Origin: Blastocladiella emersonii ATCC 22665
Lineage: Eukaryota > Fungi > Blastocladiomycota
DNA: 64,000 bases
Direction: 5' to 3'
Assembly (NCBI GenBank): GCA_025594325.1
Contig: JANHCV010000015.1
Coordinates: 1-64,000, forward strand
Below, in pieces: positions 1 through 11,877 of the stretch (positions are counted from its first letter, which is position 1; every line of letters starts with the position of its first letter). The notes under the pieces were generated by a model. The model saw only the letters and a list, made by a program, of their open reading frames with translations. It was not told where the DNA came from and searched no databases. Both the position numbers and the translations under genes were made by a program.

Positions 1-480
1 TTTCTTTCGAGTATTACATGATTCGCAATCGATTCGTCCTGAAGCCCTCCATGCACTCAAGTTCGGGAGTGAGAGTGACGTCGACCGACGCGACGCGCCA
101 CATCCGTTTCATCGAGACGCACCGATGGCTGAGACATGGCGGCGGTGGCGGCGGCCGTCTGCTGACACGGCGCTCAGCCTTCGCCACACCACCGAATTCG
201 GTCGGCTGACCGCGTTCTGCGCGACTTCACGGCCGAGCCACTTGACAACGTTGCCCCTTGTTAGTGTCCTTGCTGCGCTCGCCATCGTCTTGCGGTAAGA
301 AGGATCAAGCGCGGAGTCCTTGGGCAGGCGCGCTCGTGCTCGCGAGCCCCATCCGGTGGTCCCGCCGTGCCCTCCGTTGCTCGCCTCGATCTCGGCACGC
401 GCTTGCTCTCTCCCTCCTTGCAGCTTGACGGAACGGACCCATGCATACCCCTGCAACGTAATCGACGACCACTTGACCAC

Positions 481-1450
481 ATGGCACCTGCACTCGCGCT
501 GTCCGCGGACGCGGTCATCGCGTCACCCGCATCCGCCACACCGCTTTCACTGTGGACGCTGGTTGCTCTGGACGATGCTCCCCTCGAGCCATCCGTGCTC
601 CCGTTGCTGGGCCAGGCCCTTCTTCGATGTTCGCTCGACACGACGCCAGGTGCGTTCCCGCTTCACGCAAGCGGGGGTACCGCGATGTGCTCACTTCCCC
701 CCCCCCCCCTCGCTACGCCGCCGTGTAGATCCCTGCCTCTCATCTTCGTCCGTCTGCTCTCCACTACCACGCGGGACCGGTCTCCGCGCATCCGACTCGC
801 CAGCCTCCGTCGCGCTTGGCGAGCGGGATGGCGTTTGCCTCGCGCCAGCGCCACGAAGCCCAACTCCGTCCCTGTCGTCGCCCGGCGCGACCACCACCGC
901 CGTGCCTCTCCCTGTAACCCGCACCTTCGTTGCGCTCGGCCAGACCACGGAACCCCTCCCGACTGCTCTCACCCTCACGCCGACGGCCTCGCCCATCTCG
1001 TCTGGCGGGAGCAGCCGGTCGAGCGGGTTCGACATCAACTGGTTCTTCGTCGCCGTGATGCTGCTCATCGGGCTGTCGGGTCCCATCTTCAACAACTGGC
1101 ACGTCCTGTCCGCGCGGTGGTCCATATGGCTGCGCAAGCGACTGACGCCGCAGGAGCGCGAGGTCGTGCTGCGGCCGTCGGATCGCCGCATGCTCGACCC
1201 GGCCGACGAGGCGAGCATCGACGGGCTGCCGCGGTACACTGCCGTGGACGAGGCTGCCGTGGACGAGGCTGGCGTTGCAGCAGCTGCGGGGGAAGCGGGG
1301 GCCGTCGAGTCCACCCTCTCGAGCGAGATGACGGTGTCGACGGTCGGCGAGACGGCGCTGCTGCCTATCCACAGACGGACAACGAGCGACGCACCCGCGT
1401 ACGAAGCAGTGGTCGTGCAAGATCAGACGCGACGAGACGCAACGACGTAG
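481..1450 (+). CDS. Hypothetical single-pass membrane protein with Ser/Thr/Pro-rich stalk; one intron (650-728)
   Basis: ATG at 481. GT..AG intron 650-728 joins MAPALALSA...LDTTP in frame to DPCLSSSSVC. Hydrophobic segment INWFFVAVMLLIGLSGPIF is followed by a basic stretch; stop at 1450. Confidence 0.5.
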
Positions 1451-1874
1451 AATAGAATGAGAGCGCGACGCACGCGCTTGTTCACTCAATCGGAAGGGAT
1501 ATAGAGATGGCCAAAGTAGCAACACATCAACGACGAGCGTTGGGCATTCGTGCGAGATAGGTTCAAAAATTCCCCGCGAGCACGGAGGCTCGCGAGAGGG
1601 ATTTCGGATCAGTTTGCAATTAGCAATTCCCCTGGTCAGTCGGAACTTCACTCCACGGGGTCCGTCCTAGCACAAGGATGGGGAGCAGAAGCGGGGGGCG
1701 GGGTGCCGCGGCGGATTTATACTCTCTTGCCCCGTTGCGTGCGTGATCACGGTTGTGGTTGCTACGGAGCCCGCGCGTCAGTCGCGTCACTTGCGGCGCA
1801 ACGCGTCACTCGGCTCCTCGCCTCACTGACTCGACCCAGCGCTCGAGCGTGCAAGTGGTTGACCTCTATTCCGT

Positions 1875-4834
1875 TCACACAAACCGTCGTCCCCGACCTT
1901 GCGCGTCCCATCCCGTCCCGCGACCAGCAGCGGTGCCTTCTGCGCGCCACGAAAAATGCTGCGTGACGACCGTCGCCGTAACGCCCACGGAGATGTGCGA
2001 CGACAGCTCGTCACGATCGCCGCCGGTCGGACCGTGTTGCGCCCGTCGGGCCCGCCGACGCTGTTGCTGCTGCGAGCCGCCCGCGCCGGACCCCGCCGCA
2101 CCCGCTTCTGGGACGGGTGGCCCGTTCGGCCACATGGCGCCTGGCCGTTCGCTGGGCGCGTTGGGTAGCGCGTCGTCGAAACAGCGCCAGAATCGGACGG
2201 CGCCGGCCTCGTCGGCGGTGGCGAGCACCTGGTCGTCGGGCGACACGGCCGAGTGGAGGATGCGGAGCGGGCCGTCGCCCGCGATCGTGCCCGTCTCGTC
2301 CGTGGGCCACGGGTGGTCGATGGTCCCCTTGAGCGCGAGCGCGCGCGGGTCCGCCGCGTCGTAGAATGCGACGGACGGGTGTGGGTACCCGTGCGACGAG
2401 ACGATTTCGCGACACGCGGCGTGCCAGCGGACGCTCGTGACCTGGGCGCCCGTATCGACGGCCGCGAGGAGCTGTGGGTCGCTCGCGGTGCCGTTCACGC
2501 GCCACGTGCGCAGGTGCCGGTCGACGGTGCCCGCGCCCGTCGCGAGCACGTCCGCGTCCCACGGGCACCACGCGAGGGCCTTGACGGCGGCCGTGTGCCG
2601 GCCGGGCGCAATGATCGCGAGCGGACCCGCGAGCCACCGTACATCCCACACGCGCACCGCGTCGTCGTTGCCGCCCGACGCGAGCCGCGTGCCCGCCGCA
2701 TCCCACGCGAGCCCGCAGATCTCGTGCGCGTGCGCCGCCGGCCACGTGTGGTACGCGCGCGATCCGCGGTCGGCGCGCAGGTCGATGAGCGCAAGTGTGC
2801 CCGCAGCGGTGCCCGCGGCGAGGCTGTCCGGGACCCCGGCGCCCCGCCACGCGACGGCCGCGACGCGGGCGTTCGGGTTGGACCCGACTGCGACGGCGTG
2901 CGTGCGCTGGTCGCCGCGCCACACCTCGACCGTCGCGCGCGACGTGCCGACGGCGAGGCGGTCGGCAAAGTGCGGGCACCAGCGGACGCTCGCAATCGAG
3001 GTCGGCGCGGGTCCCGCAATGGTGTCGTCGTCGTCGAGGACGACGGGCGTCCAGCTGCGCAGCTCGGCGCCGGCGCGGAACGAGGTGGCGTCGACGACGT
3101 GCACGGCCTTGTCGATGGCGAGCGCGACCGTGTTGGCGATGGGTGACCAGTCGAGCACGTTGCGATAGTAGTCGTCCATGGGCCCTGGCGCGTGAATCTC
3201 GAAGACGGGGGTCGCCGGGAGCGGGCGCATGGGCTGCACCGGGGCCGGCCGGCGCGCGTGCGCGGCGTGGGTGAAGGCGCGGGACGCGTGCGGGTCGATT
3301 GTGGACGAGAGCGAAGCGACGTAGTTGGCCATCTTCTGCCCGTGGCTTAGGACGGGCGCGGGTGGTGGCGGCGCGGGGGCGGACGCGAGGCGGGCCGCGT
3401 GTGCCGACGCCATGCCGAGGGCGTGCGTGACGAGCCCCACGACGGTCGCGTCGTCCTCTTCGGCATCGTCGTCACTGTCCACGTCCATGTAACCGCTGCT
3501 GGTGGGCGAGGAGTCGAGAACGCGGCGCTGATTGATCTTGGCTTTAGCCGAGGTGAGGTGCAGGGCCAGCGCCCCGGCGGCGAGTTTCTCGGCGCGGAAC
3601 GGCATAAAGAAACGGTCGTATGAGGGCAACTACGCGGAGTGGAGTGCAGTGGGTTAGCCGACTGTCAATGTAGAGACCGGTCGAGCCGATGTACCCGCTT
3701 GATAGCGAGCTTGTGCCCGCTACGCCTGGACGAGCGACGGCGGGTGATGCTGATACGCGTCTTGGTGCGGAGCAGCATGGCGACATCGAGGTTACCGGTG
3801 GCTGATGTCGGAAGCCGACGCGAGTATCCGCGCGCGGCCGCGAGCTGCGAGGGCCGGCGCGGGCGATACGGCTTTTCGGGCTCGGCGGCTCGCGGCGGAG
3901 GCGGTACGGACCCCTTGGTACCGGGCGTCGCCGGGTGCGGTTGCAGTGGCGGCGGCGGTGGTGGTGGAGCGCTGGACTTGCCGCTGCCGTCGACGGGCCG
4001 CTGCGCGCGGCGCGACCGCTTGCGGTCCTCGAGCGCGGGCGGCGGCGTCGCGACCACGGCCATGACAGGTTTCGCGTCCGGCGCACGGCGCGCGCTTGCG
4101 CTCGTGGTCGGGGTGATGATGCGGAGCTCGGGGACCGACTTGCGGCTGCGCACCGTGGACGCGGTCGAGACGACGGACCCGGCGCTCCGCGCGCTCTTCC
4201 GGCCGCCCAGGCTGACGCGCAGCGGGGTCATGGCCTTGCCCTTGCCCGCGGGGACGACCGAGTTCGGGTTCGGGTTCGGGATGCGCGAGGCGGCTGACGT
4301 CGCGCTCCTGCGGCGGCGCGAGTGGTGCAGGAACCACGGCGACTTGAGCCCGCTGCCGGCGCTCGCGGGCGACGTCGGGAGCGAGCGGAGCGCGGGGGCA
4401 GCGTCGACCTGGTCGGCGGGTGTAGCGGCGGCCGCAGTTGCAGACGCAGCAGTTGGAGGCACGACGGGCTTGGACGCCGACGCCGAGGCAGGGCGGATCG
4501 GGGTGCGGAACGCGTACGCGAGCAGGCCGAGCTTGGCGGCGGTCGACGGCGCGGGGAGCACGGGCGGGGTCCACTTGGAGCCGAGACGGGACGCAGCGGT
4601 CGCGACGGCGGTAGTGGTGGATCGTGCGGAAGTCGCGCCGCGCGGCTCCGTGTTCTCGGACACGGCGGTCGCGGGCGTCGCCGGGTGGTGGTGGTGCGTC
4701 GCGAGGCGCGGCGTGGACTCGGCGCGGCGGGCCACGTCCGCACGGCCAGTGGGCGTCGCCGGCAGCATGAAGCTGGGCGCCGCGGACGCGGGCGCGGGTA
4801 GCGGCCTCGCGGGCGGGGTGACGGGGAACAGCAT
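1875..4834 (-). CDS. CDC20: Cdc20/Fizzy-family APC/C activator (WD40) with a long low-complexity N-terminal extension; intron 3630-3694
   Basis: Motifs APGPMDDYYRNVLDWS, LASGGNDD, HTAAVKALAWCPW, DTGAQVTS and a C-box-like DRFFMPFR. The ORF-track start at 3629 is a TTG just after an acceptor AG. Intron 3694-3630 (GTACAT donor, CTAAC branch site) joins it in frame to ORF 3665-4834. Confidence 0.85.
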
Positions 4835-5152
4835 GGCGGCGGGGATCTCGCGTTGTTGCCTCGGCGTGTAGCGGGGTATGGTGGCGCAAGTGCAGCAAGA
4901 GCAAGGTATAGATGCGTATTTTACGAGTTCATTGGGTGGTCGTGGTCTTGGGAGTGCGGGGAAGCGGGGAGGGGAGAGGGAGAGCGCGACGCGACGGGCC
5001 GGCGCGGTCGGTCGGCGAACCTTGCCGCGCCTGTGTGATGGACGGCGGTCCCTCGCGCACTTGAAGCAACCAAAGTCTTCCCATTCCGCGGCTATACAAG
5101 GACACCACCTCCATTCCTGCTACTATGACAACACGTATCTCGTCTACTACGC

Positions 5153-6947
5153 CTACTGCGGCGGGTACAGCCCGCCGCCCTGCCCGGGCCGCGGCGGCGG
5201 GGGTGGCGGGCGGATCCCGGCCGACAGGTTGGACGGCGGGTAGCCTCCATTCTGCGGCGGGTAGCCCCCGCCCTGCGGAGGGTAGCCGCCCCCTTGCGGC
5301 GGGTACGGCGCCATGTTCGCTGGCGGGTACGGCGCGCCGCCGCCGCCGCCGCCCGAGTACTGGTTCTGCATCGGCGGGTACGGCGCGTTGTTGGCCGGCG
5401 GGTAGCCGCCCGAGTACTGGTTCGCGACGGGCGGGTACGGCGCGGGGCCGCCCGAGTACTGGTTGGCCATGGGAGGGTACGGCGCGGCCGGCGCGCCGCC
5501 AGAGTACTGCGTCTGCTGCATCGGCGGGTACGGCGCCGTGTTGCCGCCGGCCGGGGGAGGGTACACGCCGCCGCCGCCGATGCTGTTGCCCGAGTACTGC
5601 ATCGGGATCGCGGGCACGGGCGGGTACACGGACGGCGGCGGGTACATACCACCACCGCTGACAGCCGACCCGCCCGAGTGGTGGGACTGGACGGGGATCG
5701 AGCCGGCGTGCGGGGGCGGCGTCGGCGGGTACACGCCGGGACCAACCGTGTTGACGCGCTGTGGCGGCGTCGCCATGGGCGGGTACGGCGCGTTGGTCGG
5801 CGGGTACGGCGCAGCGGCACCGCCAGCGGGAGGCGGGTACACGCCACCACCACCGGCAGGAGGCGGGTACACGCCGCTGCCGCCCGTCGTCGACACGGAC
5901 ACGGCGCCAGGCGCGCCAGGCGGTGGGCAGATGGCGCTCGTGGGACGCGGTGGGGGCGCGGGCGACGTCGTTGGGCGCGGGTAGACGCCACCGACGGCCG
6001 CGGGGCCAGAGCACTGCGCCGGCACGCTACTCGGCGGGTACGCGCCCGGGACCGCGTTGCTGCTCGGCGGGTACACGCCGGGCACGGGTGTGGTCGTAGC
6101 GGGGCGCGGGGGAGGGCGGGCCTGGTCCGACGACGACGACGTGACGGGTGGCGCCATCGGGTAGTCGTGCGGGATCCGGTGCGGCGATGTGGGCGCAGCC
6201 GACGACGTGCGCTTCGGGAACGCCGTTGCCACGGCCACCGGTGCGGGGGCGGGGGCGGGCGCAGGCGCGGGCGACGGCGTAGGGCGAGGCGCCGGGGCGG
6301 GTGCAGGCGCCGGTGCCAGGGCAGCGGCGGCGGACGCCATGCTGCCGTTCTTGTGCGGGTTCCACACGGCGGGCTGCGACGACTGCTGCTGCTGGCCGTA
6401 ACCGCCGGGCTGCGTGAGCATCTCGAGCGAGAGGCCGGCGGGCTGCGTCGCGGCGACGTGGGCCGAGTCGGGCTCGAACCAGATGCGCAGCAGCACCTCG
6501 CCGCCAAAACCCTTGCCGATGGTCTTGAGCTTGACCCAGTTGTGGTGGGCGGGGCTCTGCTCGGTCGAGGCGGCGCGCATGAAGGGCGCAAACTCGAGCT
6601 CGCTGAACCCGATCTTGGTGTCGCCCGTCAGCGAGCCCTTGTGGATCACGTCGATCCACATCTTGCGCTGCACCTTGGGGTCGTTGGTCGCCGTCAGCGT
6701 GAAGACCATGGGCGGCTGGTTCTCCCACGTCGGCTTGGTGTGCGCGTCCTTGGCCGCCTTGGTCTCGTGCCGGTCGCTGCCAATGGTGATCTTGCAGTAC
6801 GGGTCCATCTTCTTGAGCGGCAGCTCGACGTTGAACAGCTCGCGGCCGCGCTCTGTAGGGCCTGAGTGTGAGCGTGCGACTTGAGGCGCATGGGCAGCGG
6901 CAAAGTGACGCACCGGCCTTGATGAAGAGCTTGCCAATGACCGACAT
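5153..6947 (-). CDS. C2-domain protein with a Pro/Gly/Tyr-rich (XYPPX repeat) C-terminal tail; intron 6853-6913
   Basis: Spliced start MSVIGKLFIKA-ERGRELF...KMDPYCKITIG...PTWEN...DTKIG is a C2 fold signature. The tail has many YPP motifs. Confidence 0.8.
5156..6080 (-). repeat. Coding XYPPX / GGYPP low-complexity repeats
   Basis: Recurrent PYPP(M/V)(A/Q)NQYSGG and GGVYPPPAGG units in the translation. Confidence 0.85.
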
Positions 6948-7387
6948 GGTGGTCTCAAGCAGCAGTCTGGCGGGCGTTGCGGGCAGTAGCAGGTCGATAC
7001 GTGTGAATGCGTTGCAAGGGTGGCGGGTTGTGGGGAGAGAGAGCGAGCGGGGAACGGCGACTCAAGAACGGCGCCTGCCACGTCTCTCAGGTCACGCCGA
7101 AACGCGTCTCCCGTCACGCCGCCCGCGAGAGACGAGACGCGTCTCGCACCGCGTCCTTCGCCGCCGTATCAACCCGCGCGGGAGACCTTTTCGCGCTCAT
7201 TTGCAGTGCCGGGCAAAGAACACGGTCCCGCGGACGGGACCAATCTGCCTGCCCGCCGCCCCAACTCCGCGTTCCGCGCGTTCCGATCAAGCTCCCACGA
7301 CGTCCTCCTGACCCGCACCGCTCCCCTATTCCCGTCGCATCCGCGCTCCCCAAGATCAACCAGTGCATACATATCACCACGTGCACG

Positions 7388-10300
7388 ATGCATAGAATGG
7401 CACCCGACGCGCCACCCACACGCCGGCCCTGGCGCGGGCACTCGGTTGCCGCGCTCGGCCTCGTCGCGCTGCTCAGCATCGCAATCCAGTCGGTCCACGG
7501 CCAGACCGTGCGCGCACTGCCCAACTGCCTCGACGCCGCCACCACGCGTCCCTTCGGATGGACCAACCAGATCATCCCGCCGGGCGTCCAGTCCGTCCAG
7601 CAGCCCGCGCCCACGGTCAAGCTCGAGTACAATGCGTGGGGAAGGTGCGTACTCGACCGAGATGGATCCGGCCCCCCGCTTATGCCGACTGACGACCCGC
7701 TCGTTCGCGTAGTGCCAACCTCACGGGCTACATCTCGGCCATCCTGCTGCGCGAGGTCATGGGCGTCAACGTCTCGCTGCTCGAGTACTCGAGTTCGAGC
7801 GGTACCTTCCCCCGTCTCGCCTCGGGCAACATCTCGGCCAACGTCGAGCTGTGGGCCGCCAACAAGGTGGCTCTCTACAACACCTACGTGACCCAGCAGG
7901 GCACGGTCGAGGATCGTACGTCTTGCCGCTGCAGTCGCCTCGATGCCGTACACTCACACGCGTAACTTCTAGTCGGCTTCGTAGGCTACGCGGCCAAGAC
8001 CTCACTCTTCATCAACACGGCCGTGGCCGACGCCAACCCGGGGCTCATCTTCGACAGCTGGCGCTCGTACCAGCAGCAGTCGGTGCTCTCCTACCTGCTC
8101 CCGGTCGGCACAACGCCGCCCGCGCGCAACGCCGACGGCTCGTACATCTGCAACCCGGCCAAGTACTCGTTCTGCAGCACCGAGGGCACCTTCATCCCGC
8201 CGCAGTGCCAGGGCGCCAACCGCGCGTCGTGCCGCGAGCTGTGGCACATCTCGCCCAGCTACTCGTCGGGCCAGACCGAGCAACTGATCATCAGCCTCAA
8301 CCTCAAGCTCGTCGTCGTCTACCTCGGCAGCAGCTTCACGGCCAAGGTCACCGAGTGCGCGCGCCAGGGCAACTACGGCTGCATCTTTTATTACTGGGTT
8401 CCCGAAGTCATCCCCGCCACCAACAACCTGACCGCCGTCAACCTCCCGCCCTACTCGTCGACGTGCTACGCTAAGTTCAACGCGACCAACGTCGGCGGCG
8501 CTGGCCAGTCGCTCACCTGCGACTGGGGCGCTGGTACGTCTTCGTATCAGCTTCTGTCCCGTGGCCACGACTCATTTTCGTGACGCGACGCGTGTAGAGC
8601 TCCTCATGAAGGTCGGTTCCGCGACGATGCGCACCACGGCGCCCTACGTCTCCGCGTTCATGCGCCTGCTCAAGCTACGCGACGTCGACATCAACGGGCT
8701 CCTGCTCCAGTTCGCGTCCAACAGCCAGGCCGATGTGGTACGTCACTCGCTGCGGGTCTACTTCTCATGGTCCTCGTAATAACTCGCGATTGCGACCGTA
8801 GCCCGCGTGCGACTGGATTCGCAACAACAAGAACCTGTGGTCGTCATGGATTCCGGCCCCGCCCACCGACTACAGTACGCTCTTGCTCGTCCATGACTCT
8901 GCCTCCGGCACTCGCTGACACAACGACCATCTATCTAGTCCGCTACCTCGACGAGCTGCAGGTGAGCGAGGGCGTGACCGTGGCCGTGCTGATCCTGACG
9001 GCGCTCGTGCTCTTCTCGGCCCCGGCGTTCCTCGGGCTCCTCTACTACTACCGCAAGCAGCCGGCCGTGCGCTCGCAGTCGCCGCCGTTCATGGGCCTGA
9101 TCACCATGGGTGTGGGCATTGTCGGTATCTCGGTTGCTCTCGAGGTCACCACCCCATCGGCATCGACGTGCGCGGCGCGCACCTGGCTGCTAGCTCTCGG
9201 TGCCGCCGTGGTCCTCAGCAGCATCATCGTCAAGACGTGGCGCATCTTTACCATCTTCGGCAACCGGCAGATGCAGCGCATGAAGCTCGGCAACGCCAAG
9301 CTGATGATGTACGTCGGCACGCTGGTCCTGCTCGACATTGTGGTTCTGGCCGTGTACAACGGGGTCGCGATGCCGCAGCCGATCATGGCGCAGGTCACGC
9401 TCACCACGTACACGTACGTGTGCGGGACGCCGGCGACCGACGGCGCCATGGCCATGACGGCGATCCTCGGCGTGTACCACGCGCTGCTGCTCGTCGCGGC
9501 CGTGTGGCTCAGCTTCAAGATCCGCAAGGTGGCCAGCACGTACAACGAATCCAAGTTCATCGGCATGGCGTCGTACCAGATCCTGGTCGCGTGCGCGATC
9601 GTGATCCCCGTCGTGTTCCTGCCCATCAACTTCCGCGCCCAGTTCGTCATCAAGTCCATCATCATCCTGCTCGCGTGCTTCGGCGTGCTCGGCCTGCTCG
9701 TCGCGCGGCCCGTCATCGAGGCCATGACGGCCGACGCCAACGCGCCCGTCAGCTCCATGCTGCAGTCCGGGATCGGCGCCACGGCGGGGAACAACAACGG
9801 GACCGTGTCGCGCGCCGTGTCGGGCAAGGCGCCGCTCGTTGCGACCAACGCGCGCACGGGCAACAGCTCGGGCGCCACCGGCGACGCGCCGAGCCAGAAC
9901 GTGCGGTACGGGCTCAACTTCAGCATGCAGAAGGTCGCGGGTCTCGTGCGCCGGTGGACCGAGGTGCAGATGGTCCTGCTGCTCGGCACGCACCCGTCGC
10001 TGCAGATCAGCGACCCCGAGGGGATCCGCGGCACGGTGCACACGGCCGCGGTGTACGCGCAGGCGCTCGCGCCGACCGACGCCGCGTCGCTGCCCGGGTG
10101 TTTCATGCTCACGCTGCACACCAAGACGTGGCTCGTACAGACCAAGGACCCGGTCGAGGCCGACGCGTGGGTCAACGATATCACCAACGCGTTCGCCGCC
10201 GTCAACGCGACGCTGAGCGGCAGCCGTCGTGGCCGGTCGCCGCGCAACAGTATCGCGGGTCAGTCGCAACAGTCGGCCGACAACAAGACGGGCGCGACCA

Positions 10301-10404
10301 CGGGCGCGACGACGGGCGCGACGACGGGCACGTCGGGCGGCAAGCAGGTTGGCGGCACGCCGACGCCCGTCAAGTCGGTCAAGACGGCGCCGCTGTCCGA
10401 TTAG
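7388..10404 (+). CDS. Class C (GABA-B-like, 7tm_3) GPCR with a periplasmic-binding-protein-like ectodomain and a C-terminal PH-like domain; five introns
   Basis: Signal peptide, then introns 7645-7712, 7916-7972, 8534-8597, 8739-8801 and 8875-8938, which all splice in frame. 7TM motifs: QSPPFMGLI, C-AARTWLLALG, VKTWRIFTIF, IRKVASTYNESKFIG. Ectodomain ends ACDWIRNNKNLWSSWIP. Tail contains CFMLTLHTKTWLVQTKDPVEADAWVNDITNAF. Confidence 0.8.
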
Positions 10405-10509
10405 GATGTGAATCTGCGAGAGTCGGATGGTGCCGATGCGTATATCCGTTTGCGTTTATAAAGACCTTGTGTGTGTCAAAATGGTACAAGCGATCCCCAC
10501 GACGCGCGC

Positions 10510-11571
10510 TCACTGAGCCGCCACGCCGACGAGCTCCTGGAAGTCGCCGCCGGCGACCATCTCCTTGACAATGTCGAGCCCGCCAATGAGCTCGCCCTTG
10601 ACGTAGACCTGCGGGAAGGTGGGCCAGTTGGAGAAGACCTTGAGGCCCTGGCGCACGTCGTCGTCGGAGAGGATGTCAAAGTAGTCGAAGTTGACCTTGA
10701 GGTCGGCGAGGATGGCGACGAGCTGCTTGGAGAAGCCGCAGCGCGGCTGTGAGGGGGTGCCCTTGATGAAGACCATGAGGTCGGCGCGCTTGGTCAGCTT
10801 GGCGAGGCGGGTGTTGAGGTCCTCCTCCTTGGGAATCAGGTCGGCGAGCTCGCCCGAGGCGTCGAGCTCCTTGAGGATGTCGAGTCCGCCGACCAGCTCG
10901 CCGTTGATGTACTGCTGCGGGTACGTTGGCCAGTTGGAGAAGACCTTGAGGGCCTGGCGCACCTGCTCGTCGGCGAGGATGTTGAAGGTCGAGTACCGCG
11001 CCTCGTACTTGGTCAGCAGCTCGATGGTCTGGCGCGAGAAGCCGCACCGCGGCTGCTGCGGCGTGCCCTTCATGAACAGCACCATGGGCGCCATGTTGAT
11101 CAGCTGCTTGAGCCGCGCCTCCATGGCCGCCGGCGTCAGCGCGGGCGCGTCGGGTGCACCACCGGCGGCGGCGGCAGTGCCCGCGGGCGCGGTGCCGGCC
11201 GCGACGCCGTTGACGAGCAGCTTGGCGTTCTTGGCGTGCTTCTCGACCACGTTGGTCAGCTCGAGCGCGTCGGCGCCGTTGACGCGGTCGACGGGCTTGC
11301 CGGCGCGCAGCACGACAAACGACGGCACGGCGGCAATGTCGAGGGCCTCGGACGTGTCGGCGAGCTCCTCGGCCTCGACCATGATGAAGTCGACGTTGGC
11401 GTGCAGGCGCGCGAGCTCGGTGAAGACCTCGTTCATCTGCACGCATTGTGGCGCCCAGTCGGCGTGGAAGTTGGCCACGGCGACCGACGACTTGGCGCCC
11501 GCGCCGACGAGCTGCGCAAAGTGGGCGTCGTCGGTCGCGACGTGCAGGTTGCTGGGGGTCGTTGATGCCAT
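10510..11571 (-). CDS. GRX4: Monothiol glutaredoxin (Trx-like domain + 2 Grx domains; Grx3/4/PICOT type)
   Basis: N-terminal FHADWAPQC. Two Grx domains, each with KGTP.QPRCGFS and FSNWPT(Y/F)PQ. Probable ATG at 11571. Confidence 0.93.
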   Translation of the reverse strand: MASTTPSNLHVATDDAHFAQLVGAGAKSSVAVANFHADWAPQCVQMNEVFTELARLHANVDFIMVEAEELADTSEALDIAAVPSFVVLRAGKPVDRVNGADALELTNVVEKHAKNAKLLVNGVAAGTAPAGTAAAAGGAPDAPALTPAAMEARLKQLINMAPMVLFMKGTPQQPRCGFSRQTIELLTKYEARYSTFNILADEQVRQALKVFSNWPTYPQQYINGELVGGLDILKELDASGELADLIPKEEDLNTRLAKLTKRADLMVFIKGTPSQPRCGFSKQLVAILADLKVNFDYFDILSDDDVRQGLKVFSNWPTFPQVYVKGELIGGLDIVKEMVAGGDFQELVGVAAQ

Positions 11572-11877
11572 TGGTAATACGTTGCGTTGCGTTGCGCTGC
11601 GTCCACTTGGGAGCGTGGAGAGAGCGAAGCCGGCTGACACACTCGCGGCGGCGCCGGTTTCGCGCGCGCGGTATCGTTCTGACTCGAGTCAGGTGACGCT
11701 CGGCAAAATCAGGAAATCTGCACGGGACCGGTTTTCTGATTTAGCGCGCCGGTTTCGCTCCGCCCCGCGGGCCTTGACCGCCGCCGCCGCCCTCTCCCTC
11801 CTCCTCGGACCAGTGTTGGTCAGTGAGCTCCTCTTCGTCGGGACCTCCACGTATCTTCCTTTGCACAAGCCGTCACC

